Part shown: positions 1 to 13,742 of the stretch, piece by piece
How the letters are laid out: every line of letters begins with the position of its first letter
How positions within the stretch are numbered: the first letter of the stretch is position 1
DNA from: Balanoglossus misakiensis
Lineage: Eukaryota; Animalia; Hemichordata
DNA: 64,000 nt
Direction of reading: 5' to 3'
Assembly: GCA_040954595.2 (NCBI GenBank)
Contig: CM082596.2
Location: forward strand, 6,336,791-6,400,790
Translations under genes and position numbers: made by a program
Notes under the pieces: model-generated
What the model saw: the letters and a program-made list of their open reading frames with translations, nothing else
Told to the model about the DNA's origin: nothing
Databases searched by the model: none

Positions 1-1002
1 CGCAAACAGGTCCGTCAGAATTTATTTCAACCATCATCATTTCAGCAGCAATTTTAGTGGTGTATGTTTTTTATACCATGAGAAGCAACACAGCACCGCT
101 CAAGCTTTTATCAAGACTGTAATTATACTCAATCCTTATTCCTATGAAAGTAAAATGAATAAAGAAAGTTCGCTTCCAAATGAACATCTTGTGTGTGTGT
201 AACATGTGTATTGAAGTTAGTGCCTATATAATATAAGCACCTATAGTCGCCTATAAGTCACCTTGTCACTGATGTTGCAATCTGCCCTCCCCTCCCCTCC
301 CTGCCAGAATATCATGTGCATGTCCCTAGCCGAATATAATAGTCAAATTTAACATTGCGAGACAGTTTCTTCTTGAAAAACAAAAATTGTCCGAAGCATT
401 ATTATTCTAGTTCATATTGAACAATCTGGTGTAGATGAATTACGAACATGATAATTGTTTTACATGTAATGAGTTTTTTGTTAAATGTCCGATGGGGGCG
501 CTGCACGGGTCAAAGGTTAACTGTCATGGCTGCCATTCACCTGGTGATGGTACTGGGACTGGTGCTTCTGCGTTGGAAAACTTGTATGGTAGCAGAGCTA
601 ATTGCCTGAGACAAGTAAAAATATTTGCCGTACGACTTACTTGGTACTCGCCACCACGTGTGTTGAATATAACGACTTAGAATAAGTGGGCGGGCGAGAG
701 AGACCGTCTGAAATGTACATGTGCGTACGTGCAACTAACATCGAGTTACGTAACAGTCTGGACACGAGGACAGCCTGGCCACCCACATGGAGAGGACGCC
801 AAGATATCAGAAAAAATAGGGTAAGATGTTACTATGCCCTTAATTTATATAAGTCTCAACGTAGCCGTAGTGCAATTGTGTAGTTCTGGGGTTTGTGGTC
901 GGACAGCAAAACTAGTTGTTTTTTTTTTACGCGGAGGAGCTGAATTGGCTCGGGTTGTTGTTGTTGTTGTTGTTTTTTTTTGGGGGGGGGGGGAGTGAAA
1001 TG

Positions 1003-1507
1003 ATATGTCTACACAATTTTTACACTATTGGCCAACAGCGACTAGCTTGACAACTTTTGGCACCTCGCAATTATGATAAGTTTAAAGTACATATATTGAG
1101 TTTTGTACTTTTTCCTGTTAAGTGGCACATGTACACGAGTTTTCCACTATTGACCAACAGCGACTAGCATGGCAACTTTTGGGACCTCGCGATTATGATT
1201 AGTTTAAAGTATCAAGTTGTGTACTTTTGCCTGTTTAGTGGCACATATACACACGTTTTTCATTATTGGCCAACAGCAACTAGCGTGGCAACTTTTAGAA
1301 TCACAGGTTTTTCAACTATTTCCAATTGTGTACTCTTGCCTGTTAAGTGGCACATGTACACAAATTGTTCACTATTGGCCAACAGTGACTAGCATTGCAA
1401 CTTTTGGGACTTCGCGATGATTAAAGTATCAAGTTGTGTACATTTGCAATTGCTTGTTAAGTGGCACATGTACACGAGTTTTTCATTATTGGCCAAAAGC
1501 AACTAGC
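1003..1507 (+). repeat. Degenerate tandem copies of the 108-122-bp satellite family
   Basis: Repeated core TTGTGTACTTTTGCCTGTTAAGTGGCACATGTACAC...CACTATTGGCCAACAG..ACTAGC. Confidence 0.85.
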
Positions 1508-4240
1508 ACAGAACTTTTTGTTTACTTGTAATAAATCGATGAAATCGGTTCCGGAAGATTACAAAATTTTGGATATTTTTCTTGGAAAAGCAAAACAAAA
1601 AGAATACATATTGTGTAATCTTTTGAACGTCAAAATATCTGTATTTAACGAATTTCAGCTTTGGATATCTAAAATGCATGTTCCAGGGGTTTTCTCTCAG
1701 TCTGTTATTTGAAAATGTATGGGAAAGTATGTGTTTGTCGTTTTTGTTTCTCAAGCACTCAAATTAAGCATACTGACACCTGGTATTTGATTTTGAGCCT
1801 TCAGGTCAGAGTTCCAAATGTGAAGAGACAGAAGAAGACAGAGGTTGCCAATCAAGATGATTTGAGAGATTTATTTCCAGGTATGTATGGATACTGTGTT
1901 TCTGACAAAAATGGTGTGCATTTTCCTCATGTGAAAACACATTGCAGAATATGTGTCTGTCTTTTTTGTTTCTCAAGCACTCAAATCAAGCACACTGACA
2001 CCTTGTATTTGATTTTGAGCCTTCAGGTCAGAGTTCCAAACTTGAAGAGACGGAAGAGGACAGAGGTTGTCAGCAGAGATGATTTGAGAGATGATAATAT
2101 ATTTCCAGGTATGCATGGATACTGTGTTTCTGACAAAAATGATGTGCATGTTCCACGATTGAAATGCCCAACTAAATTGCAAATTGTTTTGTTCTAAGAC
2201 ATGCACAAACCATTTACATAAGCCCCCATGAGCTGACTCAGTCTTCTCAACATTCTTAAACACCATACAACATCATTTTGAATTTGTGAAAAATCTAATA
2301 GGCAAAACCACAGTTTTGTGTATCCATTTATTACCTTGTTCCCATTTAAAGTACAGCATTACTTACAGTACTTTTGGAATCACACGATTTCAACTTTGTC
2401 CAATCGTGTACTTTTGCCTGTTAAGTGGCACATGTACACAAATTGTTTACTATTGGCCAACTGCGACTAGCATGGCACCCTAAAAAATCACAGGATATTG
2501 AACTCTGTCCAATCGTGTACTTTTGCCTGTTAAGTGGCATATGTACACAAATTGTTTACTATTGGCCAACTGCGACTAGCATGGCACCCTAAAAAATCAC
2601 AGGATATTGAACTCTGTCCAATCGTGTACTTTTGCCTGTTAAGTGGCATATGTACACAAATTGTTCACTATTGGCCAACAGCGACTAGCTTTGCAACTTT
2701 TAGAATCACATGATTTCAACTGTTTCCAATCGTGTACTTTTGCCTGTTTAGTGGCACATGTACAAAAATTGTTCACTATTGGCCAACAGCGACTAGCTTT
2801 GCAACTTTTAGAATCACATGATTTCAACTGTTTCCAATCGTGTACTTTTGCCTGTTAAGTGGCACATGTACACAAATTGTTCACTATTGGCCAACAGCGA
2901 CTAGCTTTGCAACTTTTAGAATCACATGATTTCAACTGTTTCCAATCGTGTACTTTTGCCTGTTAAGTGGCACATGTACACAAATTGTTCACTATTGGCC
3001 AACAGCGACTAGCTTTGCAACTTTTAGAATCACATGATTTCAACTGTTTCCAATCGTGTACTTTTGCCTGTTAAGTGGTACATGTACACAAACTGTTCAT
3101 TATTGGCCAACTGCGACTAGCTTTGCAACTTTTAGAATCACATGATTTTCAACTGTTTCCAATCGTGTACTTTTGCCTGTTAAGTGGTACATGTACACAA
3201 ACTGTTCATTATTGGCCAACAGCGACAAGCTTTCAACTTTTAGAATCACAGGTTTTTCAAGGTTAGTTGACACATGTATAAAAGTTTGTTTTTTACTATT
3301 GGCCAACAGCTACTAGCATATCAACTTTTACATCTCAGGATTTTGATCAGTTTCTTATTGTGTACTTTAGTCTGTCTGTCTGTCTGTCTGTCTGTATACA
3401 TCTGTCTGTATTTGCATATTCAAATGGACACCTTTTTCCTCAACGACATATATTTCTACAGGTTGAAGAGTGGTGATAAAAATTTTAGCACAGAACTTAT
3501 TGTATACTTGTAATAAATGGATGAAAAACAGTTCTGGAAGATTACGCAATTTTGGATACTTTTCTTGGTAAAAAAACACAACTAAAAGAATATTGTGTAA
3601 TTTTTTCAACATCGAAACATCTGTATTGTAATGAATTGCACCTTTTGATACCTAACATGCATGTTCCAGGGGTTTTCTCTTAGTCTGTTATGTGAAAATG
3701 TATGGTATGGGGAAAGTGCTGGTATGTGTTTGTCATTTTTGTTTCTCGAGCAGACAAGTCAAGCACACTGACACCTTGTATTTGATTTTGAGACTTCAGG
3801 TCAGAGCTCCAAATATGAGGAGACAGAAGAGGACAGAGAATGCCAAAATAGATGATTTGGACAAGTTGGTTTAGGAAGACTGAAAGGTGATGGCAGCTGA
3901 GAACAAGTGTTGCCCAAAGAGACACCAACAAAGAACAGAGAGAGAAAAGGTTTGTATAATTTAAGCATTCTATATATCTTTCTGAGAATGTGTATTGAAA
4001 ACTGAAACTTCCATGATTGAAATGCCCTACTTTACATTGAAAATTGTTTTGTTGTAGAAGTGCACAAAACGTAAACCCCTGGGAGCAGCTGCTGTCTTCT
4101 CCACATTCTTAGACACAAAACAAAACCATTTTGAATTTGTGAAAATTCTAATATGCAAAACCACAGTAGCAAGTATTCTTATGATGGAAACAATGAAGGC
4201 TGCACACAATTATTAACTGGTCCTCATTTAAAGTACAGCA
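1504..4240 (+). repeat. Direct segmental duplication (~1504-2355 and ~3486-4240); first copy has an internal ~222-bp tandem duplication
   Basis: Shared text such as TAGCACAGAACTT..., GCATGTTCCAGGGGTTTT, CACACTGACACCTTGTATTTGATTTTGAG and CATTTAAAGTACAGCA in both copies. Confidence 0.85.
2370..3335 (+). repeat. Tandem satellite, ~108-bp variant (~8-9 copies)
   Basis: TGTACA register at 2651 and 2759 (period 108); same core as the 122-bp satellite. Confidence 0.92.
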
Positions 4241-4530
4241 ACAATTAGAGGTTGATGTGCTTCTGTGTACCCATTAGTAAGCCTGTTTGAAGTGACCAAC
4301 CTTGGTTCATAAATCAAATCATAAAGGTAATACAAAAGTGGCAGCTCATAGAGCCTTTATTTTTTGTGATTCAATACTTGGACAGGTAATGCGAATGGTG
4401 CTTTGAATTATTCCCAAAACATTTGCTGAGCTACTTGCACTGCCATATATTATTGATTATTGTAATTGCATACAAGTTGCAGGTTTTCGGCATCCACTGT
4501 CTGTCTGTCTGTCTATCTGATTGCTTGTCC

Positions 4531-4845
4531 ATGTATGTATGTATGTATGTATGTATGTATGTATGTATGTATGTATGTATGTATGTATGTATGTATGTAT
4601 GTATGTATGTATGTATGTATGTATGTATGTATGTATGTATGTATGTATGTATGTATGTATGTATGTATGTATGTATGTATGTATGTATGTATGTATGTAT
4701 GTATGTATGTATGTATGTATGTATGTATGTATGTATGTATGTATGTATGTATGTATGTATGTATGTATGTATGTATGTATGTATGTATGTATGTATGTAT
4801 GTATGTATGTATGTATGTATGTATGTATGTATGTATGTATGTATG
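4531..4845. repeat. (ATGT)n microsatellite, ~79 units
   Basis: Pure tetranucleotide run. Confidence 0.99.
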
Positions 4846-4954
4846 AATAAACAAATTTGTGTGTGTGTATTTGAGGGATGTTCTTGTAGTGATTGATGAG
4901 TAAAACTTCTGGTCAAAGTATCGACGTCAATTTTTTTTGTGGGGGGATTAAAGT

Positions 4955-6750
4955 GATATGTATACACAATTTTTTACTTTTGCCAACAGCGACTAGCATG
5001 TCAACTTTTGGTACCTCGTGATTATGATTTGTTTAAAGTATCAAGTTGTTTACTTTTGCCTGTTAAGTGGCACATGTAGACAAGTTTTTCACAATTGGCC
5101 AAAAGTTACTAGCATTGTAACTGTTGGTACCTCGCGATTATGATTAGTTTAAAGTATCAAGTTGTGTACTTTTGCTTGTTAAGTGGCACATGTACATAAG
5201 TTTTTCACAATTGGCCAACAGTTACTAGCATTGTAACTGTTGGTACCTAGCGATTATGATTTGTTTAAAGTATGAAGTTGTGTACTTTTGCCTGTAAAGT
5301 GGCACATGTACATAAGTTTTTCACAATTGGCCAAAAGTTACTAGCATTGTAACTGTTGGTACCTCGCGATTATGATTAGTTTAAAGTATCAAGTTGTGTA
5401 CTTTTGCCTGTTAAGTGGCACATGTACATAAGTTTTTCACAATTGGCCAAAAGTTACTAGCATTGTAACTGTTGGTACCTCGCGATTATGATTACTTTAA
5501 AGTATCAAGTTGTGTACTTTTGCTTGTTAAGTGGCACATGTACATAAGTTTTTCACAATTGGCCAACAGTTACTAGCATTGTAACTGTTGGTACCTCGCG
5601 ATTATGATTAGTTTAAAGTATCAAGTTGTGTACTTTTGCCTGTTAAGTGGCACATGTACATAAGTTTTTCACATGGCCAAAAGTTACTAGCATTGTAACT
5701 GTTGGTACCTCACGATTATGATTAGTTTAAAGTATCAAGTTGTGTACTTTTGCTTGTTAAGTGGCACATGTAGACAAGTTTTTCACTTTTGGCCAACAGT
5801 TACTAGCATTGTAACTTTTGCTATCTTGTGATTATGATAAGTTGAGTAATTTTGCCTATTAAGTTGTACATACCCATGTATCTACAGCAACAAGTATGAA
5901 CAGTATGTATGTATATATGTATGTAAGTATGTATGTATGTAAGTATGTATGTATGTACCTGTATGTGTTTATGTAGGAGGGAGGGAGGATATGTATATAC
6001 AGTCACAAAAATTATTCCAATCATCATTATATAGCCACAACTTTATTTCTTGATAACCCAACACAGACTTTGTTGTGATTTAACAAAAGTATCACGGTGT
6101 GTACTTTTTACCTGTTAAGTGGCACATGTACATAAATCTTCACTATTGGCATACGGCGACTGGCATGGCAACTTTTAGAATCACAGGTTTTTCAACTGTT
6201 TCCAATCGTGTACTTTTGCCTGTTAAGTGGTACATGTACACAAATTGTTCACCATTGGCCGACAGTTACTCGTATTGTAACTTTTGGTTCCTCGTGATTA
6301 TGATTAGTTTGAAGTATCAAGTTGTGTACTTTTGCCTGTTAAGTGGCACATGTACACAAGTTTTTCACTATTGGCCAACAGTTACTAGTATTGTAAGTTT
6401 TGGTTCCTCGGATTATGATTAGTTTGAAGTATCAAGTTGTGTACTTTTGCCTGTTAAGTGGCACATGTAGACCAGTTTTTCACTATTGGCCAACAGTTAC
6501 TAGTATTGTAATTTTTGGTTCCTCAGGATTATGATTAGTTTGAAGTATCAAGTTGTGTACTTATGCCTGTTAAGTGGCACATGTAGACAAGTTGTTCACT
6601 TTTGGCCAACAGTTACTAGTATTGTAACTGTTGGTACCTTGTGATTATGATAAGTATCAAGTTGTGTACTTTTGCCTGTTAAGTGGCACATGTACATAAA
6701 TCTTTCACTATGACGACTAGCATACAACGACTAGCACGGCAACTTTTAGC
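4955..6750 (+). repeat. Tandem satellite, ~116-bp variant (two blocks, ~4955-5830 and ~6100-6750)
   Basis: TGTACATAAG at 5191 and 5307 (period 116); same core. Confidence 0.92.
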
Positions 6751-7370
6751 AACCAAGGATTTTGTGTTTTTTATTCTGTGAAACAGCACATTTACGGTAC
6801 ATCTACTTTTTGCCTACAGTTAACATGTACCGGCATGTGTTTGTGTGTTGTGTTTGGTCGGATGGGTAGATAGATGGATGGTTGGATGTCTTCTTACAGT
6901 CACAAAACTGCATTATTCGTAGCATCGTTTAGCCATAATTCTGCCAAAGCTCTTTTCCGCATTTCCTGGAACCCAACTCTTGCTGATTACTATGAGTTCC
7001 AACTGTTAACATTGTGTTCTCTTTTTCATTTTAAGTAGGTGGTTTTTTACAGCCATCCTGGCATGTGTGTGTGAAATGATCAACAATTGTTTCATCTAAG
7101 AAGCCAAAGGACAAGCTTTGATCTTCTGATGAAATGGACCCCAGAAATGAAGTATTTCACTGATCACTTTTATGACTTGTACATGAAGTCATAGGACGAC
7201 AGGAAAAACTAATTGTCCAGTTTGCTTTCCTCAGCTCAATTTGCTGCATGTAAGTACAAAGGTAAAACTTTATATCAACTTTAAACACAAGCATTGTTTG
7301 CCTTACCTCTGGTATCAGCGTTGTAACAGGGTTCAAAAAATTGATGTGTCCTGAAAGTGTTTTATTGGGC
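6660..7370 (+). repeat. Left arm of a long-range inverted repeat (partner 26276-26950)
   Basis: GATCACTTTTATGACTTGTACATGAAGTCATAGGACGA (~7162) is the exact reverse complement of TCGTCCTATGACTTCATGTACAAGTCATAAAAGTGATC (~26457); similarity continues over the whole segment, with a ~40-bp indel. Confidence 0.95.
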
Positions 7371-7380
7371 ATCTCAACAT

Positions 7381-10300
7381 TATGGTCAGTTTTAATAATG
7401 AGTGTCGAGATGTGTACTTGTAAGTCTGTGAAGTGGCATGTAAACACAAATCTTAAACTATCTTAGGATTTTAGTCAGTTTTAACAATGAGTATCGAGTT
7501 GTGTCCATTCGCCTGTCAAGTGGCATGTGTACACAAATCTTAAACGATTAGCCAACAGTTACTAGCATTGCAACTTCTAGCATCTTAGGATTATGGTCAG
7601 TTTTAATAATGAGTATCGAGTTGTGTACTTGTGTCTGTGAAGTGGCATGTGTACACAAATCTTAAACTATTAGCCAACAGTTACTAGCTTTGCAACTTTT
7701 AGCATCTTAGGATTTTAGTCAGTTTTAATAATTAGTATCGAGTTGTGTCCATTCGCCTGTCAAGTGGCATGTGTACACAAATCTTAAACTATTAGCCAAC
7801 AGTTACTAGCATTGCAACTTCTAGCATCTTAGGATTTTAGTCAGTTTTAATAATGAGTATCGAGTTGTGTCCATTCGCCTGTCAAGTGGCATGTGTACAC
7901 AAATCTTAAACTATTAGCCAACAGTTACTAGCATTGCAACTTTTAGCATCTTAGGTTTATGGTCAGTTTTAATAATGAGTATCGAGTTGTGTCCATTCGC
8001 CTGTCAAGTGGCATGTGTACACAAATCTTAAACTATTAGCCAACAGTTACTAGCATTGCAACTTCTAGCATCTTAGGATTTTAGTCAGTTGTAATAATGA
8101 GTATCGAGTTGTGTCCATTCGCCTGTCAAGTGGCATGTGTACACAAATCTTAAACTATTAGCCAACAGTTACTAGCATTGCAACTTTTAGCATCTTAGGT
8201 TTATGGTCAGTTTTAATAATGAGTATCGAGTTGTGTCCATTCGCCTGTCAAGTGGCATGTGTACACAAATCGTAAACTATTAGCCAACAGTTACTAGCAT
8301 TGCAACATTTAGCATCTTAGGATTATGGTCAGTTTTAATAATGAGTATCGAGTTGTGTCCATTCGCCTGTCAAGTGGCATGTGTACACAAATCTTAAACT
8401 ATTAGCCAACAGTTACTAGCATTGCAACTTTTAGCATCTTAGGTTTATGGTCAGTTTTAATAATGAGTATCGAGTTGTGTCCATTCGCCTGTCAAGTGGC
8501 ATGTGTACACAAATCTTAAACTATTAGCCAACAGTTACTAGCATTGCAACTTCTAGCATCTTAGGATTTTAGTCAGTTGTAATAATGAGTATCGAGTTGT
8601 GTCCATTCGCCTGTCAAGTGGCATGTGTATACAAATCTTAAACTATTAGCCAACAGTTACTAGCATTGCAACTTTTAGCATCTTAGGTTTATGGTCAGTT
8701 TTAATAATGAGTATCGAGTTGTGTCCATTCGCCTGTCAAGTGGCATGTGTACACAAATCGTAAACTATTAGCCAACAGTTACTAGCATTGCAACATTTAG
8801 CATCTTAGGATTATGGTCAGTTTTAATAATGAGTATCGAGTTGTGTCCATTCGCCTGTCAAGTGGCATGTGTACACAAATCTTAAACTATTAGACAACAG
8901 TTACTAGCATTTCAACTTCTAGCATCTTAGGATTTTAGTCAGTTTTAATAATGAGTATCGAGTTGTGTCCATTCGCCTGTGAAGTGGCATGTGTACACAA
9001 ATCTTAAACTATTAGACAACAGTTACTAGCATTGCAACTTCTAGCATCTTAGGATTTTAGTCAGTTTTAATAATGAGTATCGAGTTGTGTCCATTCGCCT
9101 GTCAAGTGGCATGTGTACACAAATCTTTAACTTTTAGCCAACAGTTACTAGCATTGCAACTTCTAGCATCTTAGGATTTTAGTCAGTTTTAATAATGAGT
9201 ATCGAGTTGTGTCCATTCGCCTGTCAAGTGGCATGTGTACACAAATCTTAAACTATTAGACAACAGTTACTAGCATTTCAACTTCTAGCATCTTAGGATT
9301 TTAGTCAGTTGTAATAATGAGTATCGAGTTGTGTCCATTCGCCTGTGAAGTGGCATGTGTACACAAATCTTAAACTATTGGCCAACAGTTACTAGCATTG
9401 CAACTTTTAGAATCTTAGGATTATAGTCAGTTTTAATAATGAGTATCGAGTTGTGTCCATTTGCCTGTGAAGTGGCATGTGTACACAAATCTTAAACTAT
9501 TAGCCAACAGTTACTAGCATTGAAACTTTTAGCATCTTAGGATTATGGTCAGTTTTAATAATGAGTATCGAGTTGTGTCCATTTGCCTGTGAAGTGGCAT
9601 GTGTACACAAATCTTAAACTATTAGCCAATAGTTACTAGCTTTGCAACTTTTAGCATCTTATGATTATGGTCAGTTTTAAATAAGTATCGAGTTGTGTCC
9701 ATTTGCCTCTGAAGTGGCATGTGGACACAAATCTTAAACTATCAGCCAAGAGTTACTAGCTTTGCAACTTTTAGCATCTTAGGATTATGGTTAGTTTTAA
9801 ATAAGTATCGAGTTGTGTTCATTTGCCTCTGAAGTGGTACATACATACAAATCTTTCACTATTGGCTAACAGTTACTAGCATTGAAACTTTTAGCATCTT
9901 GGGATTATGGTTTTAATAATGAGTATCGAGTTGAGTACTCTTGCCTGTGAAATGGCATGTGTACACAAATCTTAAACTATTAGCCAACAGGTACTAGCTT
10001 TGCAACTTTTAGCATCTTAGGATTATGGTCAGTTTTAATAATGAGTGTCGAGTTGTGTCCATTTGCCTGTGAAGTGACTCTGTACACAAATCTTAAACTA
10101 TAAGCCAACAGTTACTAGCATTGCAACTTCTAGCATCTTAGGATTATGGTCAGTTTTAATAATGAGTGTCGTGTTGTGTCCATTTGCCTGTGAAGTGACT
10201 CTGTACACAAATCTTAAACTATAAGCCAACAGGTACTAGCTTTGCAACTTTTAGCATCTTAGGATTATGGTCAGTTTTAATAATGAGTGTCGTGTTGTGT

Positions 10301-13300
10301 CCATTTGCCTGTGAAGTGACTCTGTACACAAATCTTAAACTATAAGCCAACAGTTACTAGCATTGAAACTTCTAGCATCTTAGGTTTTAGTCAGGTTTAA
10401 TTATGAGTATCGAGTTGTGTCCATTAGCCTGTCAAGTGGCATGTGTACACAAGTCTTAAACTATTCGCAAACAGTTACTAGCATTGCAACTTTTAGCTTC
10501 TGAGGATTTTAGTCAATTTTAATAATGAGTATCGAGTTGTGTCCATTTGCCTGTGAAGTGACTCTGTACACAAATCTTAAACTATAAGCCAACAGTTACT
10601 AGCATTGCAACTTTTAGCATCTTAGGATTATTGTCAGTTTTAATAATGAGTATCGAGTTGTGTCCATTCGCCTGTCAAGTGGCATGTGTACACAAATCTT
10701 AAACTATTCGCCAAGAGTTACTAGCATTGCAACTTTTAGCATCTTAGGATTATGGTCAGTTTTAATAATGAGTATCGAGTTGTGTCCATTCGCCTGTCAA
10801 GTGGCATGTGTACACAAATCTTAAACTATTCGCCAACAGTTACTAGCATTGCAACTTTTAGCATCTTAGGATTATGGTCAGTTTTAATAATGAGTATCGA
10901 GTTGTGTCCATTTGCCTGTGAAGTGGCATGTGTACACAAATCTTAAACTATTCGCCAACAGTTACTAGCATTGCAACTGTTAGCATCTTAGGATTATGGT
11001 CAGTTTTAATAATGAGTGTCGAGTTGTGTCCATTTGCCTGTGAAGTGACTCTGTACACAAATCTTAAACTATAAGCCAACAGTTACTAGCATTGAAACTT
11101 CCAGCATCTTAGGTTTTAGTCAGTTTTAATTATGCGTATCGAGTTGTGTCCATTCGCCTGTCAAGTGGCATGTGTACACAAATCTTAAACTATTAGCCAA
11201 CAGTTACTAGCATTGCAACTTCTAGCATCATAGGATTATGGTCAGTTTTAATAATGAGTATCGAGTTGTGTCCATTCGCCTGTCAAGTGGCATGTGTACA
11301 CAAATCTTAAACTATTCGCAAACAGTTACTAGCATTGCAACTTTTAGCTTCCGAGGATTTTAGTCAATTTTAATAATGAGTATCGAGTTGTGTCCATTCG
11401 CCTGTCAAGTGGCATGTGTACACAAATCTTAAACTATTCGCCAAGAGTTACTAGCATTGCAACTTTTAGCATCTTAGGATTATGGTCAGTTTTAATAATG
11501 AGTATCGAGTTGTGTCCATTCGCCTGTCAAGTGGCATGTGTACACAAATCGTAAACTATTCGCCAACAGTTACTAGCATTGCAACTTTTAGCATCTTAGG
11601 ATTATTGTCAGTTTTAATAATGAGTATCGAGTTGTGTCCATTTGCCTGTCAAGTGGCATGTGTACACAAATCTTAAACTATTCGCCAACAGTTACTAGCA
11701 TTGCAACTGTTAGCATCTTAGGATTATGGTCAGTTTTAATAATGAGTATCGAGTTGTGTCCATTTGCCTGTCAAGTGGCATGTGTACACAAATCTTAAAC
11801 TATTCGCCAACAGTTACTAGCATTGCAACTTTTAGCATCTTAGGATTATGGTCAGTTTTAATAATGAGTATCGAGTTGTGTCCATTTGCCTGTGAAGTGG
11901 CATGTGTACACAAATCTTAAACTATTCGCCAACAGTTACTAGCATTGCAACTGTTAGCATCTTAGGATTATGGTCAGTTTTAATAATGAGTGTCGAGTTG
12001 TGTCCATTTGCCTGTGAAGTGACTCTGTACACAAATCTTAAACTATAAGCCAACAGTTACTAGCATTGAAACTTCTAGCATCTTAGGTTTTAGTCAGTTT
12101 TAATTATGCGTATCGAGTTGTGTCCATTCGCCTGTCAAGTGGCATGTGTACACAAATCTTAAACTATTAGCCAACAGTTACTAGCATTGCAACTTCTAGC
12201 ATCATAGGATTATGGTCAGTTTTAATAATGAGTATCGAGTTGTGTCCATTCGCCTGTCAAGTGGCATGTGTACACAAATCTTAAACTATTCGCAAACAGT
12301 TACTAGCATTGCAACTTTTAGCTTCTGAGGATTTTAGTCAATTTTAATAATGAGTATCGAGTTGTGTCCATTCGCCTGTCAAGTGGCATGTGTACACAAA
12401 TCTTAAACTATTCGCCAAGAGTTACTAGCATTGCAACTTTTAGCATCTTAGGATTATGGTCAGTTTTAATAATGAGTATCGAGTTGTGTCCATTCGCCTG
12501 TCAAGTGGCATGTGTACACAAATCGTAAACTATTAGCCAACAGTTACTAGCATTGCAACTTTTAGCATCTTAGGATTATTGTCAGTTTTAATAATGAGTA
12601 TCGAGTTGTGTCCATTTGCCTGTCAAGTGGCATGTGTACACAAATCTTAAACTATTCGCCAACAGTTACTAGCATTGCAACTGTTAGCATCTTAGGATTA
12701 TGGTCAGTTTTAATAATGAGTATCGAGTTGTGTCCATTTGCCTGTCAAGTGGCATGTGTACACAAATCTTAAACTATTCGCCAACAGTTTAATACTAGCA
12801 TTGCAACTGTTAGCATCTTAGGATTATGGTCAGTTTTAATAATGAGTATCGAGTTGTGTCCATTTGCCTGTCAAGTGGCATGTGTACACAAATCTTAAAC
12901 TATTCGCCAACAGTTACTAGCATTGCAACTGTTAGCATCTTAGGATTATGGTCAGTTTTAATAATGAGTATCGAGTTGTGTCCATTTGCCTGTCAAGTGG
13001 CATGTGTACACAAATCTTAAACTATTCGCCAACAGTTACTAGCATTGCAACTGTTAGCATCTTAGGATTATGGTCAGTTTTAATAATGAGTATCGAGTTG
13101 TGTCCATTTGCCTGTCAAGTGGCATGTGTACACAAATCGTAAACTATTCGGCAACAGTTACTAGCATTGCAACTGTTAGCATCTTAGAATTTTGGTCAGT
13201 TTTAATAATGAGTATCGAGTTGTGTCCATTTGCCTGTCAAGTGGCATGTGTACACAAATCTTAAACTATTCGCCAACAGTTACTAGCATTGCAACTGTTA

Positions 13301-13742
13301 GCATCTTAGAATTTTGGTCAGTTTTAATAATGAGTATCGAGTTGTGTCCATTTGCCTGTCAAGTGGCATGTGTACACAAATCTTAAACTATTCGCCAACA
13401 GTTACTAGCATTGCAACTGTTAGCATCTAAGGATTTTGGTCAGTTTTAATAATGATTATCGAGTTGTGTACTTGTGTCTGTCAAGTGGCATGTGTACACA
13501 AATCTTAAACTATTCGCCAACAGTTACTAGCATTGCAACTGTTAGCATCTTAGGATTATGGTCAGTTTTAATAATGAGTATCGAGTTGTGTCCATTTGCC
13601 TGTCAAGTGGCATGTGTACACAAATCTTAAACTATTCGCCAACAGTTACTAGCATTGCAACTGTTAGCATCTTAGGATTTTGGTCAATTTTAATAATGAG
13701 TATCGAGTTGTGTACTCTTGCCAGTGAAATGGCACATGTAGA
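7381..13742 (+). repeat. 122-bp satellite array, + orientation, ~52 monomers
   Basis: Monomer TTAGGATTATGGTCAGTTTTAATAATGAGTATCGAGTTGTGTCCATTCGCCTGTCAAGTGGCATGTGTACACAAATCTTAAACTATTAGCCAACAGTTACTAGCATTGCAACTTTTAGCATC; ORF-track repeats recur every 122 bp. Confidence 0.98.

Noticed and set aside
1709-2197. 162-aa ORF as a single-exon gene
   Set aside because: It reads through a 222-bp tandem duplication including intron-like sequence; no recognisable domain
4423-4967. ORFs with MYVC/HTYI repeats (also 49707-50599 and 54217-54631)
   Set aside because: Translations of stop-free (TATG)n microsatellites
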